A stretch of DNA of 64,000 bases from Octopus bimaculoides (lineage: Eukaryota). A model generated the notes under the pieces. It saw nothing but the letters and a program-made list of their open reading frames with translations. It ran no database searches and was not told the origin of the DNA. Shown piece after piece: positions 14,620 to 27,138 of the stretch. The stretch covers positions 8,180,205 to 8,244,204 of the forward strand of contig NC_069000.1 in NCBI RefSeq assembly GCF_001194135.2, read 5' to 3'. Numbering within the stretch: position 1 is the first letter of the stretch; each line of letters starts with the position of its first letter. Position numbers and translations under genes: made by a program.

Positions 14620-15100
14620 TTTTCTTTATTGGCTACGAGGGCCGAACACAAAACAAGGGACAATGCAATAGAAGGGAAAAGTGGGGCTTAGCACAAAAAT
14701 TCGTGTATGAAATAAAACAATAACAGCAGGAAAAATTTAGCTATAGAATTGCCCAAAAAAGGGGGAATTCCAACCAGGGGTCAACCAAGGAATCCCACAC
14801 ATCCTGGTCACCCGACAACCAAGGACCCATCAGGTTAGGTAAACACCTCACTTCTTCTCAACACTTCCGGTTTACAAACGCATGTTCAGAGTAGGTCCAT
14901 TCACACGAGTCACCCTCGCCACATTCATTTACCTTTTCGACAAAAATACTGGGGTGGAGTTGGGGTTTGGGGGTGAGGGGTCACAGCACTTCCCTCTCCA
15001 ACCTCACTTTCCTCTTCAAGTGAAACTTGGAAAAGTGGATCAGAGCTTGGCCGTAGAGGAAAGTATATGTCCTCAGTCCTTTCAAACTCGTCCACCACAC
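14620..15100 (-). mobile_element. Tx1/L1-clade LINE 3' end (ORF2 C-terminus plus 3' UTR)
   Basis: VWWTSLKGLRTYTFLYGQALIHFSKFHLKRKVRLEREVL...NVARVTRVNGPTLNMRL*, then a UTR ending gtagccaataaagaaaac(att)n. A homologous second copy at ~39900 is seen directly. The clade assignment is from recalled similarity. Confidence 0.7.
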
Positions 15101-15139
15101 TAATAATAATAATAAAGAAATCGAAGTGATAATAATGAC

Positions 15140-15341
15140 TTCAATTATCGGCACACGATAAATAATTTCAAAGGTGGCAGTAAGGTCGATTGCATCGGTC
15201 CCAGGGCTCAACTGGTTCTTATTTTATTGACTCCCAAAGAGACAAAAGGCAAAGTCGGCCATGGCGGAATTTGAACTCAGAACGTAAAAACGGAAGAAAT
15301 GCCGCTACGCATTTTGTCCGGCGTTCTCACAATTCTGTCAG
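15140..15341 (-). mobile_element. SINE family M
   Basis: Reverse-complement match to the family M head and core (ggcggaatttgaactcagaacgtaa...). Confidence 0.85.
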
Positions 15342-15839
15342 AAGTGATAACAATTATACAGAATAAAAATTAAAAACTAAAGACGGCATTTACAAAGCGA
15401 ATTTACGAAGTATGCTAATGGTGGCCAAAATGAAATTATAAACAAGCGTATCCTACGACTACAATGTGTCTGTGTTTTATTGCTAAACCGTCCTTTTTTG
15501 TCTCAAAAATAAAAACAAAAATAAAAAAAAAACACTGACCATAGTTACCACTAACCATTATGGCTTACAACTCTTTTGCTTCAAACGATTCCTTTAAACC
15601 CTACCAGCTATTATCGACACGACTGTCCGTTTGTCTGTTTCGAAATTGGATTTCATATATTCTTGTTCTGAGTGAAAACAATGGATATTCAATACGAATT
15701 TTATCTCACATAGACATTTATTAGCTTATGCACTCCCTGCTCCATAGAGACCATTCATTCTGTTTATTTATTCATACGCATATAGGTTCAATATATACAT
15801 ATACATGCGCACACTTACGTTCATACTTGTATGTACAAA

Positions 15840-15927
<88 letters not shown>

Positions 15928-16049
15928 ACACACACACACATATATTGTATTGTTCATGGCCGATTTAATGTGTCTGTCCTCTAAGAGACGACGATATTGC
16001 GATTTAACCCCAGGGAGACATCTCCACCAGCTGGTTTATTCAGTGCGTT

Positions 16050-16085
<36 letters not shown>

Positions 16086-16899
16086 CAAGGCGGTACTCCA
16101 GCATGGTCGCAGTCCAATGACTGAAGCATGTAAAAAATAAAAGATACTGCATTTGGCACATGGCATATGATTGGTCAATGCTATCGTCGGTTTTGTGCCA
16201 GCTATTGCACTTGGCAACCTTGACGATTCGTCAGACAGGCTTCTAGCCTGTCTGCCTGAAAACCCGACAATATTGCCTAAGTGCAATGGTTAGCGTGGAA
16301 ACGACGATAACATATTGACCAGCGTACAGACTGATAGAGTAACTTTCTAAGAATTAGGACTTCCAAATTAAACGTGTCTTCATTTAGTTTAAATGCTATA
16401 TCCTTTTCTATTTTTGTCCCTGTTTCTTTGTCGCTGAGGATGTGAATCTACTAATACAATATAATTCGTTTGGTCTTTTGATCTATTGTGATTAATACCT
16501 GTCTATCTGTCTGATAAAACTTAGGCTGCGTTGACCGAGTTGCGGGCAACTAAGGGTCGCATTATCGAGACCGAGAGAAAAAGAGAGAGAGAATGTGTAT
16601 GTTTGAGTGTGTGTGAGTGTGCGTGTTTGTGTGAGAGAGAGAGGGGGAGGAGAGGGAAAGAGAGAGAGAGAGAGATAAAGAGAAAGAGGGAGGGAGAGAG
16701 ATAGAGAGAGAAATCTGTCTTTTACGGAAAATGCGACATTGGAACAACATTTTCCAAGAATAATGATGAGGACTGATCTCCAAGACAAGATAAATCCTTC
16801 CTGTGGCCCTCAAGATGTGTGACATAATAAGCTAGCATGATATAATGTATGTATGATATAATGTATGATGTAAATGTTTTGCAATAATATGCTAGCAAA

Positions 16900-17815
16900 T
16901 GCATGAAAAGATATTAAGATACCGAAATAAACTTGTTCGAGATGATCCTGATATGAAAACAGTCGATAAAGAATCAGTAAAAAGTGGAAAACGGAGTTAT
17001 TGAGCAGAAGCTGTCACAGAAGGAAACAAGATAATAAAATGAAAACGCGAGTAATGATGCAAGAAACGAAAATAATGATGAAAAAAATAGTTGAAGAGAA
17101 TGGAAACGAATTAAAGAATGTTTAGTTTGTAGAAGAGAATGGTAAAGACATCAAAAGCATAAAGGAAGAAGAAATTGTGTGTGAAGTTTCTAAACACAGT
17201 AGAAAGAAAACTAGCGATAAGAAAAAATAACAATCAAGAAAAAAATATATATGAAACTGATGAGAATGGAAAATATTGCAATCAAAGATCTCGACACAAT
17301 TAAGCCTAATTTGTCTGAACTTAATCAACAGATCTCTGCTTCAGCCAAAGTAATTGAGTCAAAATGCTTGATGAGAGAGAGGGAGATAGAGTGAAAGACA
17401 GAGAGAGAATGAAAGACAGAGAGAGAGAGTGAAAGACAGAGAGAGAGAGAGAGTGAAAGACAGAGAGANNNNNNNNNNAAGACAGAGAGAGAGAGAGAGT
17501 GAAAGACAGAGAGAGAGAGAGAGAGAGAGAGTGAAAGACAGAGAGAGAGAGAGAGTAAAGAAAGATCTGTCGGTATTAGAAACCTAAATGGAAAGAAATA
17601 CTAGAACATGAATAAAATATAAACAAAACTGTTGAGAGGAGAAATATCGATCTTGAAGGAACTTAGCAAGAACAAGGATGCAAAAACAAGGCAAGGAAAG
17701 CAAAGTAAAACACGAGCTAAATAAGGCAGGAGACAAGGCAGCAATCAAAGAACAATTTAAGCAGGAAAAACAAGTCAAAGCCGAACGTGTGAGAAGGTAC
17801 GATTTAATACTAATA
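16900..17815 (+). mobile_element. R4/Dong-clade non-LTR retrotransposon ORF fragment, split by a compound GA/GTGAAAGACA repeat (~17370-17560)
   Basis: Decayed frames NLSELNQQISASAKVI, PKWKEILEHE..LRGEISILKELSKNK and AAIKEQFKQEKQVKAERVRRY resemble the pre-RT region of R4/Dong elements (LxELNxLIYAxA; LKQKxQAKAERIRRY). Confidence 0.6.
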
Positions 17816-17821
17816 AACACA

Positions 17822-18050
17822 AGGGTGGCGAGCTGGCGGAACCGTTAGGACACCGGACAAAATGCTTAAGCGGTATGTCTTCTGTCTTCGGGTTTTGAGT
17901 TCGAATGTAGCCGAGATCATCTTTTCATTTCATCCTCTGTGTGTCGATAAAATGAGTACCAGTTGAGCATAGGGGTGGATATAATCGTCTAGCTCCCTCC
18001 CGTCAAAAAATTCAGGTTTTGCGCCTATAGTAGAAAGAATTATTATTATA
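17822..18050 (+). mobile_element. SINE family M
   Basis: ggtggcgagctggcggaaccgttagg...ccgtcaaaaaattcaggttttgcgcctatagtagaaagaattattatt. Confidence 0.85.
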
Positions 18051-18983
18051 AATGGGCAGAAGGTATTAAGAGACTCAAACATTTTATTGGGGGTTTTACC
18101 TGATTGGTGTTTATTCGTTGTGACCCTTCTCCTATACAGACTACACTCTGGCTTCTCCCCTCCCCTCAAAATTGCTGGCAGCAAGATAAATACAGTTTAC
18201 AAGCAAAATCAAAATATTTGAAAAATACGAAATATTTTTTGGGGAAAAAAACTAATTGTGGTTTTGAAGGAATCAACTGCTGAATAAGTTAAGCAATTCT
18301 GGAGTGGCCGAAAAAAATATAACAAAATTCTGTATGGCTGTGGTTGTGTGGCTAAGAAGCTTGCTTTGCAACCAGTGTAGTTTTGGGTTCAGTCCCACTG
18401 CGCTGTAAATGTTTTTTTAACTACAATTAAACTATGACCATTTAATACCAATGATCAACTTCTAATTGTTAACTGTTGCTCTATTTCTTTTCTTATCTGT
18501 ACACACACACACACACACACACATATGTATATATATCACAGCAATAAACTCAAAAGAGGGCAGTTGTATCGAACTCCCTCTTTCACTAAAACCCAATCGC
18601 ATTAGAATGGCCACTGAAAAGGTGGTGAAACTGGCGGTGCACCACCATAGCCACAGTCTTTGAGCTGAAACATATAATATATATATACATATATATGTTT
18701 CTATATCATTTGTGTATCAAACGTGTATTATATTCCCCTTTGGATGTGTAGTGTTTTGTGATACAAGTTAGAAAGTCCAATAAGAGTCGCTCTTCCTATT
18801 CAGGGTTTTTCAATGAGATTAATCACTGTAGGCCATTCGTTAATGACTCGGCAAACGGTTGTAAAATAGCCAAAGAAGGAAAGCAGATGATAATTAGGTA
18901 CCTGGGGAATGATTAAAGATCGAGTGGACACACAAACACACACACACACACACGTGTGTACGTATTTGCAGCAAGCACATATC

Positions 18984-19045
<62 letters not shown>

Positions 19046-19220
19046 GTTCAGTAGTTTTATTTTTATAACGTGCTTTCACTTCACTACCGAGCGCAGCTCT
19101 GTGCGCCTTGGGTATGTGCTGTGGTTTGCTGTGGTGCTCTTATGTTTACTGTATTGAAAGTGTTTTGCGTAGGATGTGTGCAGTACCCAGTAGTGCATAT
19201 TATTATTATTATTATTGTTT

Positions 19221-19440
19221 AATGCAGCGAGCTGGTAGAATCGTTAACATGCCGGACGAAATGCTTAGCTGTATTTCGCCCGTCTTTATGTTCTGAGTTC
19301 AAATTCCACCGAGGTCGACTTTGCTTTTCATCCTTTCGGGGGTCGATAAATTAAGTACCAGTGAAACACTGGGGTCGATGCAATCGAGTGGTCCCCTCCC
19401 CACCAAATTTCAGGCGTTGTGCCTATAGTGGAAAGGATTA
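19221..19440 (+). mobile_element. SINE family M, flanked on both sides by (ATT)n
   Basis: Full head, core and tail with (att)n on both sides. Confidence 0.9.
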
Positions 19441-20401
19441 TTATTATTATTATTATTATTATTATTGTTATTCACTGTGTTAATATTGGTAATTAAAATG
19501 ACGGGCTGATAGAAATAGCAGAGTGCCGAGCAAAATAAAGCTTTATCTTTTGTGAGTTTGAGCTCTGTGAGGGAGGGTCGATCCCGTCTTTCATACTTTC
19601 ATATTCGATCAATTGAACATTAAGATCAATATCATTGACTGTTCATACACCCCACCCCCNNNNNNNNNNNNNNNNNNNNNNNNNNNNNNNNNNNNNNNNN
19701 NNNNNNNNNNNNNNNNNNNNNNNNNNNNNNNNNNNNNNNNNNNNNNNNNNNNNNNNNNNNNNNNNNNNNNNNNNNNNNNNNNNNNNNNNNNNNNNNNNNN
19801 NNNNNNNNNNNNNNNNNNNNNNNNNNNNNNNNNNNNNNNNNNNNNNNNNNNNNNNNNNNNNNNNNNNNNNNNNNNNNNNNNNNNNNNNNNNNNNNNNNNN
19901 NNNNNNNNNNNNNNNNNNNNNNNNNNNNNNNNNNNNNNNNNNNNNNNNNNNNNNNNNNNNNNNNNNNNNNNNNNNNNNNNNNNNNNNNNNNNNNNNNNNN
20001 NNNNNNNNNNNNNNNNNNNNNNNNNNNNNNNNNNNNNNNNNNNNNNNNNNNNNNNNNNNNNNNNNNNNNNNNNATAAAAGAAATACCTCGAGTATATACA
20101 TATGTATATATATTTATTCGACGGATTTCTTTCAGTTTCGGTCAACCAAATCCACTCACAAAGCTTTGGTCGACCTGGGTATAGTAGAAGATAGAAGATA
20201 CTTTGTGGAACTGAACCCGGGACCACATGGTTGGGAAGCAAACTTCTCATCATACAGCCAAGCCTGTGTCTATATAATTGAAGATTTGTATAAATGTGTG
20301 TACATTTGTTGGTCTTTGTCTATATATCTATGTATTCATGTATATACCTTTGTATGTATTAAACTGTGTAGATTCAGTAAGCGCAAACACACACACACAC
20401 A

Positions 20402-20444
<43 letters not shown>

Positions 20445-20689
20445 GCGCACACACACACACACACACATGCACGGTTACACACGCACAGAAGTACGCACAC
20501 ATACACACAGACTCATGTGTATATATATGTGTGTATGTGTGTTGTGTGTGTGTGAAAACGTTACTTATATCTGCAAAAGTTTAAGAACTCAGTCCCTTGT
20601 CATCATTGTATTTAGTACTCGCTAATCGCCCCCACACACTCAGTAACCCCTGGCAACAGGACAAGCTATTCTTCTGCTTCATTGAAGTA

Positions 20690-21235
20690 CTACTAACACT
20701 CCATGAAATGTCATTAACACTCCATGAAGTAGTTTATAACATTGCAGTGTCATTAACACTCCATGTAGTATTGTACTCACTGTAGGGTCGTTAACATCTC
20801 AGTAAAACATCATTTATTTCTGGAGTGTGCTTACACTGCCTTTTATGTTGAAGTGGGGTTCTAATGTAATGTTATTTACGAGGGAGTGTGATTGAAATGT
20901 CGTCCATGCTGGAGTGTGGTTGTAGTGTTGTTCTTTTTGGAGTGTAGTTACAATGCAGTATTGTTCATGCTGGAGTTTAGTTGTACTATATTATCGTTGT
21001 TCACTCTGGTGTTCATTGTAGTGTGGTGTCGTTCACTCTGGAGTGTGGTCGTAGTGTTGCCGTTTATGCTATAGTGTGATTGTTGTGTAGGGTCGTTCAC
21101 TCTGGAGTGTGGTCGTAGTATAGTGTCATTCCCACAGGACTGCACTTGCAGTATAGAATTGTTCACGCTGTAGTGTTGTTCATGCTGATGTGTGGTAGTA
21201 ATTCACACCGGAGTGTGGTTGTAGTGTTGCTAATA
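20690..21235. repeat. Degenerate minisatellite with core gttcactctggagtgtggtcgtagtgttg
   Basis: Roughly 10 or more imperfect copies of ggagtgtggtYgtagt. Confidence 0.85.
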
Positions 21236-21289
21236 TTAAGCTATAGACTGTGAAAATAATGTACATTGTCTTGAATTGCTTACACTCAT

Positions 21290-21725
21290 GAGTCAAGCTC
21301 ACACATTAGCCAACATGTCTACACATATTAGTCAAGATTAGTCAACATGCCAACACATATTATTCAACATTCATCTACGTTCTCACACACATTTCAACAT
21401 TAGTCAAAATGCCAACACATTAGTCAACATTAATCTGCATTCTCACGCACATTTCAACATTAGTCAGCATGCCCACATATTAGTCAGCATTAGTCAACAT
21501 GTCTAGATATATTAGTTAACATTAGTCAACATTAGTCAACATGCCAACGCATCAGTCAACATTAATCTGCATTCTCACGTACTTTTCAGCATGAGTCAAT
21601 ATGAATCTGCATTCTTACACATTTCAACATTAGTCAACATGCCCCCACATATTATTCAGCATTAGTCAACTTGTCTACATATATTAGTCAACATTAGTCA
21701 ACATGCCAACACATTAGTCAGTATG
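21290..21725. repeat. Degenerate minisatellite built from ttagtcaaca / tgccaacacat subunits
   Basis: More than 20 copies of attagtcaac with higher-order variants. Confidence 0.9.
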
Positions 21726-21908
21726 AAACATGCTTAGCAACATTCTTTCCAGCTTTTCCTGTCCTGAGGTCAAATACCACCGAGGTCAACTTAAACCTTC
21801 GACCTTCCGAGGGTGATAAAAAAAAAAAAAATAAACAAGTTAATACTGAAGTGGATGGCACCGGCTAATCCTTTCCCTTTGAAATTGCTGGCCTAGTACC
21901 AAAATCTC

Positions 21909-21960
<52 letters not shown>

Positions 21961-21970
21961 GCACGCACAA

Positions 21971-22001
<31 letters not shown>

Positions 22002-22424
22002 CATACATTTATATACAGAGAGAGAAAAGGGCGGAGAGATAGAGGAGAGGAAGAGGGTGGGAGAAAGAGAGAAAGAGAGAAAGAATGAGAGAGGAAAGAC
22101 GGTTAAAAATATCCTACACAGGTCAAGAGAATTAGAAACAGAATAATAAAAAGCAATGAAATTCCAATGCTATTAAGTCTTCTGTATTGTAATTAACGAA
22201 ATTATTCCAAAATACATATCTAACTTTATATATATATATATACACACACACACATATAGTTTCCATTTCACTTGTCGATAATCACTGTACTTTGCAAATA
22301 TAATGAGTAGTTGTTAATCCCACTTTAAAATAGTGAAAGTACATTTGTCCGTAATCTTCGTGAGTATTTAAAGCAGACAGCGTTTGTTCCCTCCTTTTTG
22401 CTTCTTTCTTTCTAACCATAGGCA

Positions 22425-22730
22425 GAAAGCGTGAAAGTTCAGAGGTAGTGGGTAAATCGATTACATCGTCTCAGTTCATATTTTATCGAACCCCGAAAGA
22501 ATAAAAAACGCAAAGTCGATCTCGGCTGAATTTGAACTCAGAATGTAAAACCGGAAGAAATATCGCTATGAATTTCGCACGACGCGCTAACGATTCTACC
22601 AGCTTACCGCTTTACAGCAGTCAATTTATAATGGGTTCATGTTTTGGTACAAGGCCAGTAATTTTAGGGTAAGGGATAATCGATTATATCGACCCCATTA
22701 CTCAACTGGTACTTTACTTTGTCGATCCTG
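22425..22730 (-). mobile_element. Two SINE family M pieces (~22425-22610 and ~22632-22730)
   Basis: Reverse-complement matches to the family M head, core and tail. Confidence 0.85.
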
Positions 22731-22829
22731 AAATTCGTAGTAAGAGTTATTTGGATCGTATTTTGCACACTGACCAATCCTTAGATTGATGCCCCTCGTC
22801 ATACTTATACGGGAGCGGAGAAAAAGATA

Positions 22830-23010
22830 AAGGTTTCCCGGGTTTCCATGGCGTATAAATTCCCTACCTGGACGGGACGCTGGTCTCTCATAGGATTACT
22901 CATTTTTGCCAGCTGAGTGGGCTGGAGCAACGTGAAATGAAGTGTTTTGCTCAAGAACACAACGCGTCGCCCGGTCCAGGAATCGAAACCACAGTCTTAC
23001 GATCATGAGC
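22830..23010 (-). mobile_element. tRNA-derived SINE family C (ttgagcaaaacacttcatttcacg core)
   Basis: Reverse complement has B box ggtttcgattcctgg followed by gcgttgtgttcttgagcaaaacac. Related copies at 30330-30595(-), 32890-33200(-), 52185-52500(+), 59563-59620(+) and an old copy at 51850-52075(-). Confidence 0.8.
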
Positions 23011-23087
23011 GGAGTGTGGGACCCATGACTGAGTTTGATCTCTGGTTACGTGTCGCGCTTCACATATAGATATATAGCTATTTACAA

Positions 23088-23134
<47 letters not shown>

Positions 23135-23611
23135 GTCATTTGTCTGTCTGTCTGTCTGTCAGCTGTGTGTGTGTGTGTGTGTGTGTATCTGTGCGCGCGT
23201 GCACATCTTTGATTCTCACTGCTTGACAACCGAAGTAAATTTGCTTACGTCATCGTAACGATGTGGTTCGGCAATAAGAGATCGATAAATAAATTCCAGA
23301 AAGGCGATTTCTTTGACTGAATCCTTCAAAAAGGAGCTACAGCATGGTTGAGCATGGTTGCAGTCTTTTGATTCAAAGAAGTAATATATGTAGTAATGGT
23401 GGTGGTGGTGGTGGTGGTGGTGGTAGAGGTAGAAAGAGAAATATAAATAAATCAATTATGTAATTATGATTGTATCTGTATAACTATATATGTGTATAGC
23501 CATGTGTAGATATATATGTAATCTCAGAGCCATGTGTATGTATATTGGTAGTCGTATTAATAAAAGAAAATGCCGTTGGAGAAGGAAGCCAAATAGAGAT
23601 ATGTACATACG

Positions 23612-23642
<31 letters not shown>

Positions 23643-23859
23643 GCGTATGCACAACATGGCGGAAGTCATGACTAGCAATGAAGTTAAGAGAGTTTTACGT
23701 ATGTAATTGGTCAGAGCGAAACTCTGTTGGCCTTTGTTGGTAAATCAATGTTTGATCAAAGAGAACACGGAACCGACTGCCGAGATCTGGCATCGATTTA
23801 AGAAACATATTCTTTGATTGCCAATGCTCCTCAGTGCAACTGTATATCGAAGATATCTG

Positions 23860-23937
<78 letters not shown>

Positions 23938-24257
23938 CATCATCATCATCATCATCATCATTACTGTTTGCTTCGAATCTGTTTCGTATATAAGGAAGAA
24001 CTAAAGCTACTTGAAAGGAATGACGTAAGGAAGATGAAAGGAAATGATAATAAGAAAGGATAATATCTTTATTATTATTTCTTTTAATGTGAGGCATGAA
24101 ATTTTTGAGTGCTGACAAAATGGTGAAATTGTAAGATTTATGTATTTTTGAAATGTATAAATTTACAACAAAAGTGATAGGTTCCAGCTGTGAATCGAAA
24201 CTACATCGAACAATTCATTTGGAGATGATTATAACCATTATTGTTAAGGCAGCGAAA

Positions 24258-25085
24258 GGCGGTGAGCTGGCAGAATCTTTAGCACGTTGGACGATATGTT
24301 AAGCGGTATTTCGCCCGTCGCTGCGTGCGTTCTGAGTTCAAATTCCACCGAAGTCGACTTTGCCTTTCATCCTTTCGGGGTCGATAAATTAAGCACCAGT
24401 GAAACACTTTAATCGTCTACCCACTCCGCCAAATTTCAAGCCTTGTGCTTCTAGTAGAAAGGATTATTAAGGCGGCGAGCTGGCGGAATCGTTGGCACGC
24501 CGGGTGAAATGCTTAGCGACATTTCGTCCGTCTTCACGATCTGAGCTCATTTTCCGCCGAGATCGACTTTGCCTTTCATCTTTACGGAGTCGATCAATTA
24601 AGTACCAGTCAAGTACTGGGGTCGATGTAATCAACTCACCTCCTTCCCCCAAAATTTCAGGTTTTTGTGCCTACAGTAGAAAGAATTATTAAGGAAGCGA
24701 GCTGGCTGAATCGATAGCACGCTTGACAAAATGCTTGGTGGCATTTTGTCCACCTTCACGTTCTGGCGTCAAGTGTTGCGAAGCCGACTTCGCCTTTCAG
24801 CCTTTCAGAGTCGATGAAATAAGTACCAGTAAAATACTGGGGTCAGTATAATCGACTAACATCCTAACCCCAAATTTCAGGCCTTGTGCATATATAACAG
24901 AAAGGACTTTTATTCAGACAGCGAGCTGGCAGAATCGTTAGAGCGGCGTACAAAATGATTAACGACATTTATTCCGGCTCTTTATATTCCGAGTTCAAAT
25001 CCCGTCGTGAGCCGAGGTCAGTTTTTCCTTTCATCCTTTCGGGAAGGATAAAAGAAACACCAGTGGAACACTGGGATCAATGTAA
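24258..25085 (+). mobile_element. Head-to-tail array of four SINE family M copies (~24258-24466, 24470-24688, 24691-24908, 24917-25085)
   Basis: Four successive head-core(-tail) units, each starting in or just after the gattattaa tail of the previous one. The copies are clearly diverged from each other. Confidence 0.92.
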
Positions 25086-25421
25086 TCAAAATTATTTGAA
25101 GTTATTATTATTATTTTCATGATTAAGTGCGAGGAGGGGCAGTAGGATAACCCTTGTTGGGGCCCTGAAACTCAGAATAGAAACCTGCTCTCATCGTTTA
25201 CAACAGGGTGGCTTCCACTTAATGGTATAGAGCAGCTGACAGTGTACAAAGCCATCTACTACTACTACTACTACTATTACTACTACTGTCTTCCACGATA
25301 GTTAACATTCAAGTACCAAGTCATATAATTTCAGAAAGCGACCCTGTGAAACCTCTGACAGCAAGTTGCTGTCCGCCCTCACAGAATCAACCAGAGTTGA
25401 TAAGACTGAGAGGTTTGAGAA

Positions 25422-25457
<36 letters not shown>

Positions 25458-25668
25458 CCTTTCTTCTATAAGAATTTGAACTTAATATAAGAATAAACAA
25501 CATGTGTATTGGTTTGCCATCAGTCTCTTTTGAGAAAACAGTTGATTAATTTCGATCGGCTTTGAAACGTTTGGACAAACGTTAGACGCCAAGTATAAGT
25601 AAACGTAATACAATTAGGAGATACAATAACATATGTAATTCATGTAACTATATGTGTGCGCATCTATG

Positions 25669-25699
<31 letters not shown>

Positions 25700-25941
25700 N
25701 NNNNNNNNNNNNNNNNNNNNNNNNNNNNNNNNNNNNNNNNNNNNNNNNNNNNNNNNNNNNNNNNNNNNNNNNNNNNNNNNNNNNNNNNNNNNNNNNNNNN
25801 NNNNNNNNNNNNNNNNNNNNNNNNNNNNNNNNNNNNNNNNNNNNNNNNNNNNNNNNNNNNNNNNNNNNNNNNNNNNNNNNNNNNNNNNNNNNNNNNNNNN
25901 NNNNNNNNNNNNNNNNNNNNNNNNNNNNNNNNNNNNNNNNN

Positions 25942-25984
<43 letters not shown>

Positions 25985-26753
25985 GTGTTTAAATCTGTTA
26001 CAATGTAACGTAAATAATGTTTTTCTTTTTAAGTACAAACAAAAAGGCAAAAAAATGACAATGCTAATATTTCCTCTGATGTCAACTCGTTAATAGATTT
26101 TATCTACAAAATGTCTGTCATTCGTTTTTCATATAATAAAATGATCTATATTATATTCTTATATAAGTAAACGCAATACAATTCTAATGTCGAGCAAGCT
26201 ATGTGAGAGTGTGTGTGTATGTATATGTGTAAGCATACATGTATGTGTATACAGATGTGTGTATAATCTGTTTTGGGGTTGACTTTACTCGATGAAAAAA
26301 TTAGTTGAGATCAAATAAATGACAACATATCGTGGAGAGCGAATTCACTTAAACATTTTTCAATATAATTTCTTTGTAGAATTCCCGTATTTGTTCGGTT
26401 GTTGTATGAAATCTCAAACTGACTAACTACTCTCTGGCATTTAGTTGCGACAGAACGAAGATATTGGTTCACTTTCTAGTTTTAACTATGCTCTCTCTAT
26501 ATTTCCTGCCTGTTTGCTCATATTACCATTTAATATATTAGCAAAAGAATCCAGCTTATTATTAGAAAATAAATATTCCAATCTATGGAACACAACAGAT
26601 GGAAACGTTTTTCTTTTTTTCCTGAGAGATATCTCTGAGAATTGGCAATGTCTAAAAACGAAAATATCGACAAGAAAAATTATATTAAAAAATCTAATAT
26701 TCTTTTTATTTTTCTCTCTAATCAAAAAGAAAACTTATCAATGAATGGCGCAG

Positions 26754-26905
26754 TAAGAGGTCTTCGATTTGAACTCGTTGGAGTACTATACGCGTACACG
26801 CACGCACATTTGAGAAAGAGACCAACAGTTACAGGTATCTTGAAATGAACAGCATTGGGAATGACTCAATCCAGTTGAATTTTATGGCATTTATTTCTCT
26901 CTCTC

Positions 26906-26970
<65 letters not shown>

Positions 26971-27043
26971 GTAATCGTTGGTCTCTTTCTCAAATGTGTG
27001 CGTGCGTGTCGTACTCCAACGAGTTCAAATCGAAGACCTCTTA
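26754..27043. repeat. Inverted repeat with arms 26754-26838 and 26965-27043; the spacer contains (TA)n
   Basis: Left arm taagaggtcttcgatttgaactcgttggagtac...gcacatttgagaaagagaccaacagttacaggtat is the near-exact reverse complement of the right arm, with one short indel and a few mismatches. Confidence 0.95.
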
Positions 27044-27067
27044 ATTTGACGGAGATTGTCGTCAGCA

Positions 27068-27138
27068 GACCGTCTAGCTTAATGGTGGAATACTCAGCCG
27101 TTATTTGAGGAGTGCGGGTTCGAGTCCCGTGGCTGTCA
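27068..27138 (+). pseudogene. tRNA-like sequence (Asn-GTT-like anticodon arm), either a tRNA pseudogene or a SINE head
   Basis: Acceptor gaccgtc/ggctgtc pairs 6 of 7 including G-U. A box tagcttaatggt. Anticodon arm ctcag-ccGTTat-ttgag. T arm gcggg-ttcgagt-cccgt. TTTT at 27148-27151. The D stem and anticodon loop are non-canonical. Confidence 0.6.

Noticed and set aside
16203-16225. miR-92 family microRNA (TATTGCACTTG match)
   Set aside because: Only the first 11 nt match, and the motif is on the 5' arm whereas mature miR-92 comes from the 3' arm.
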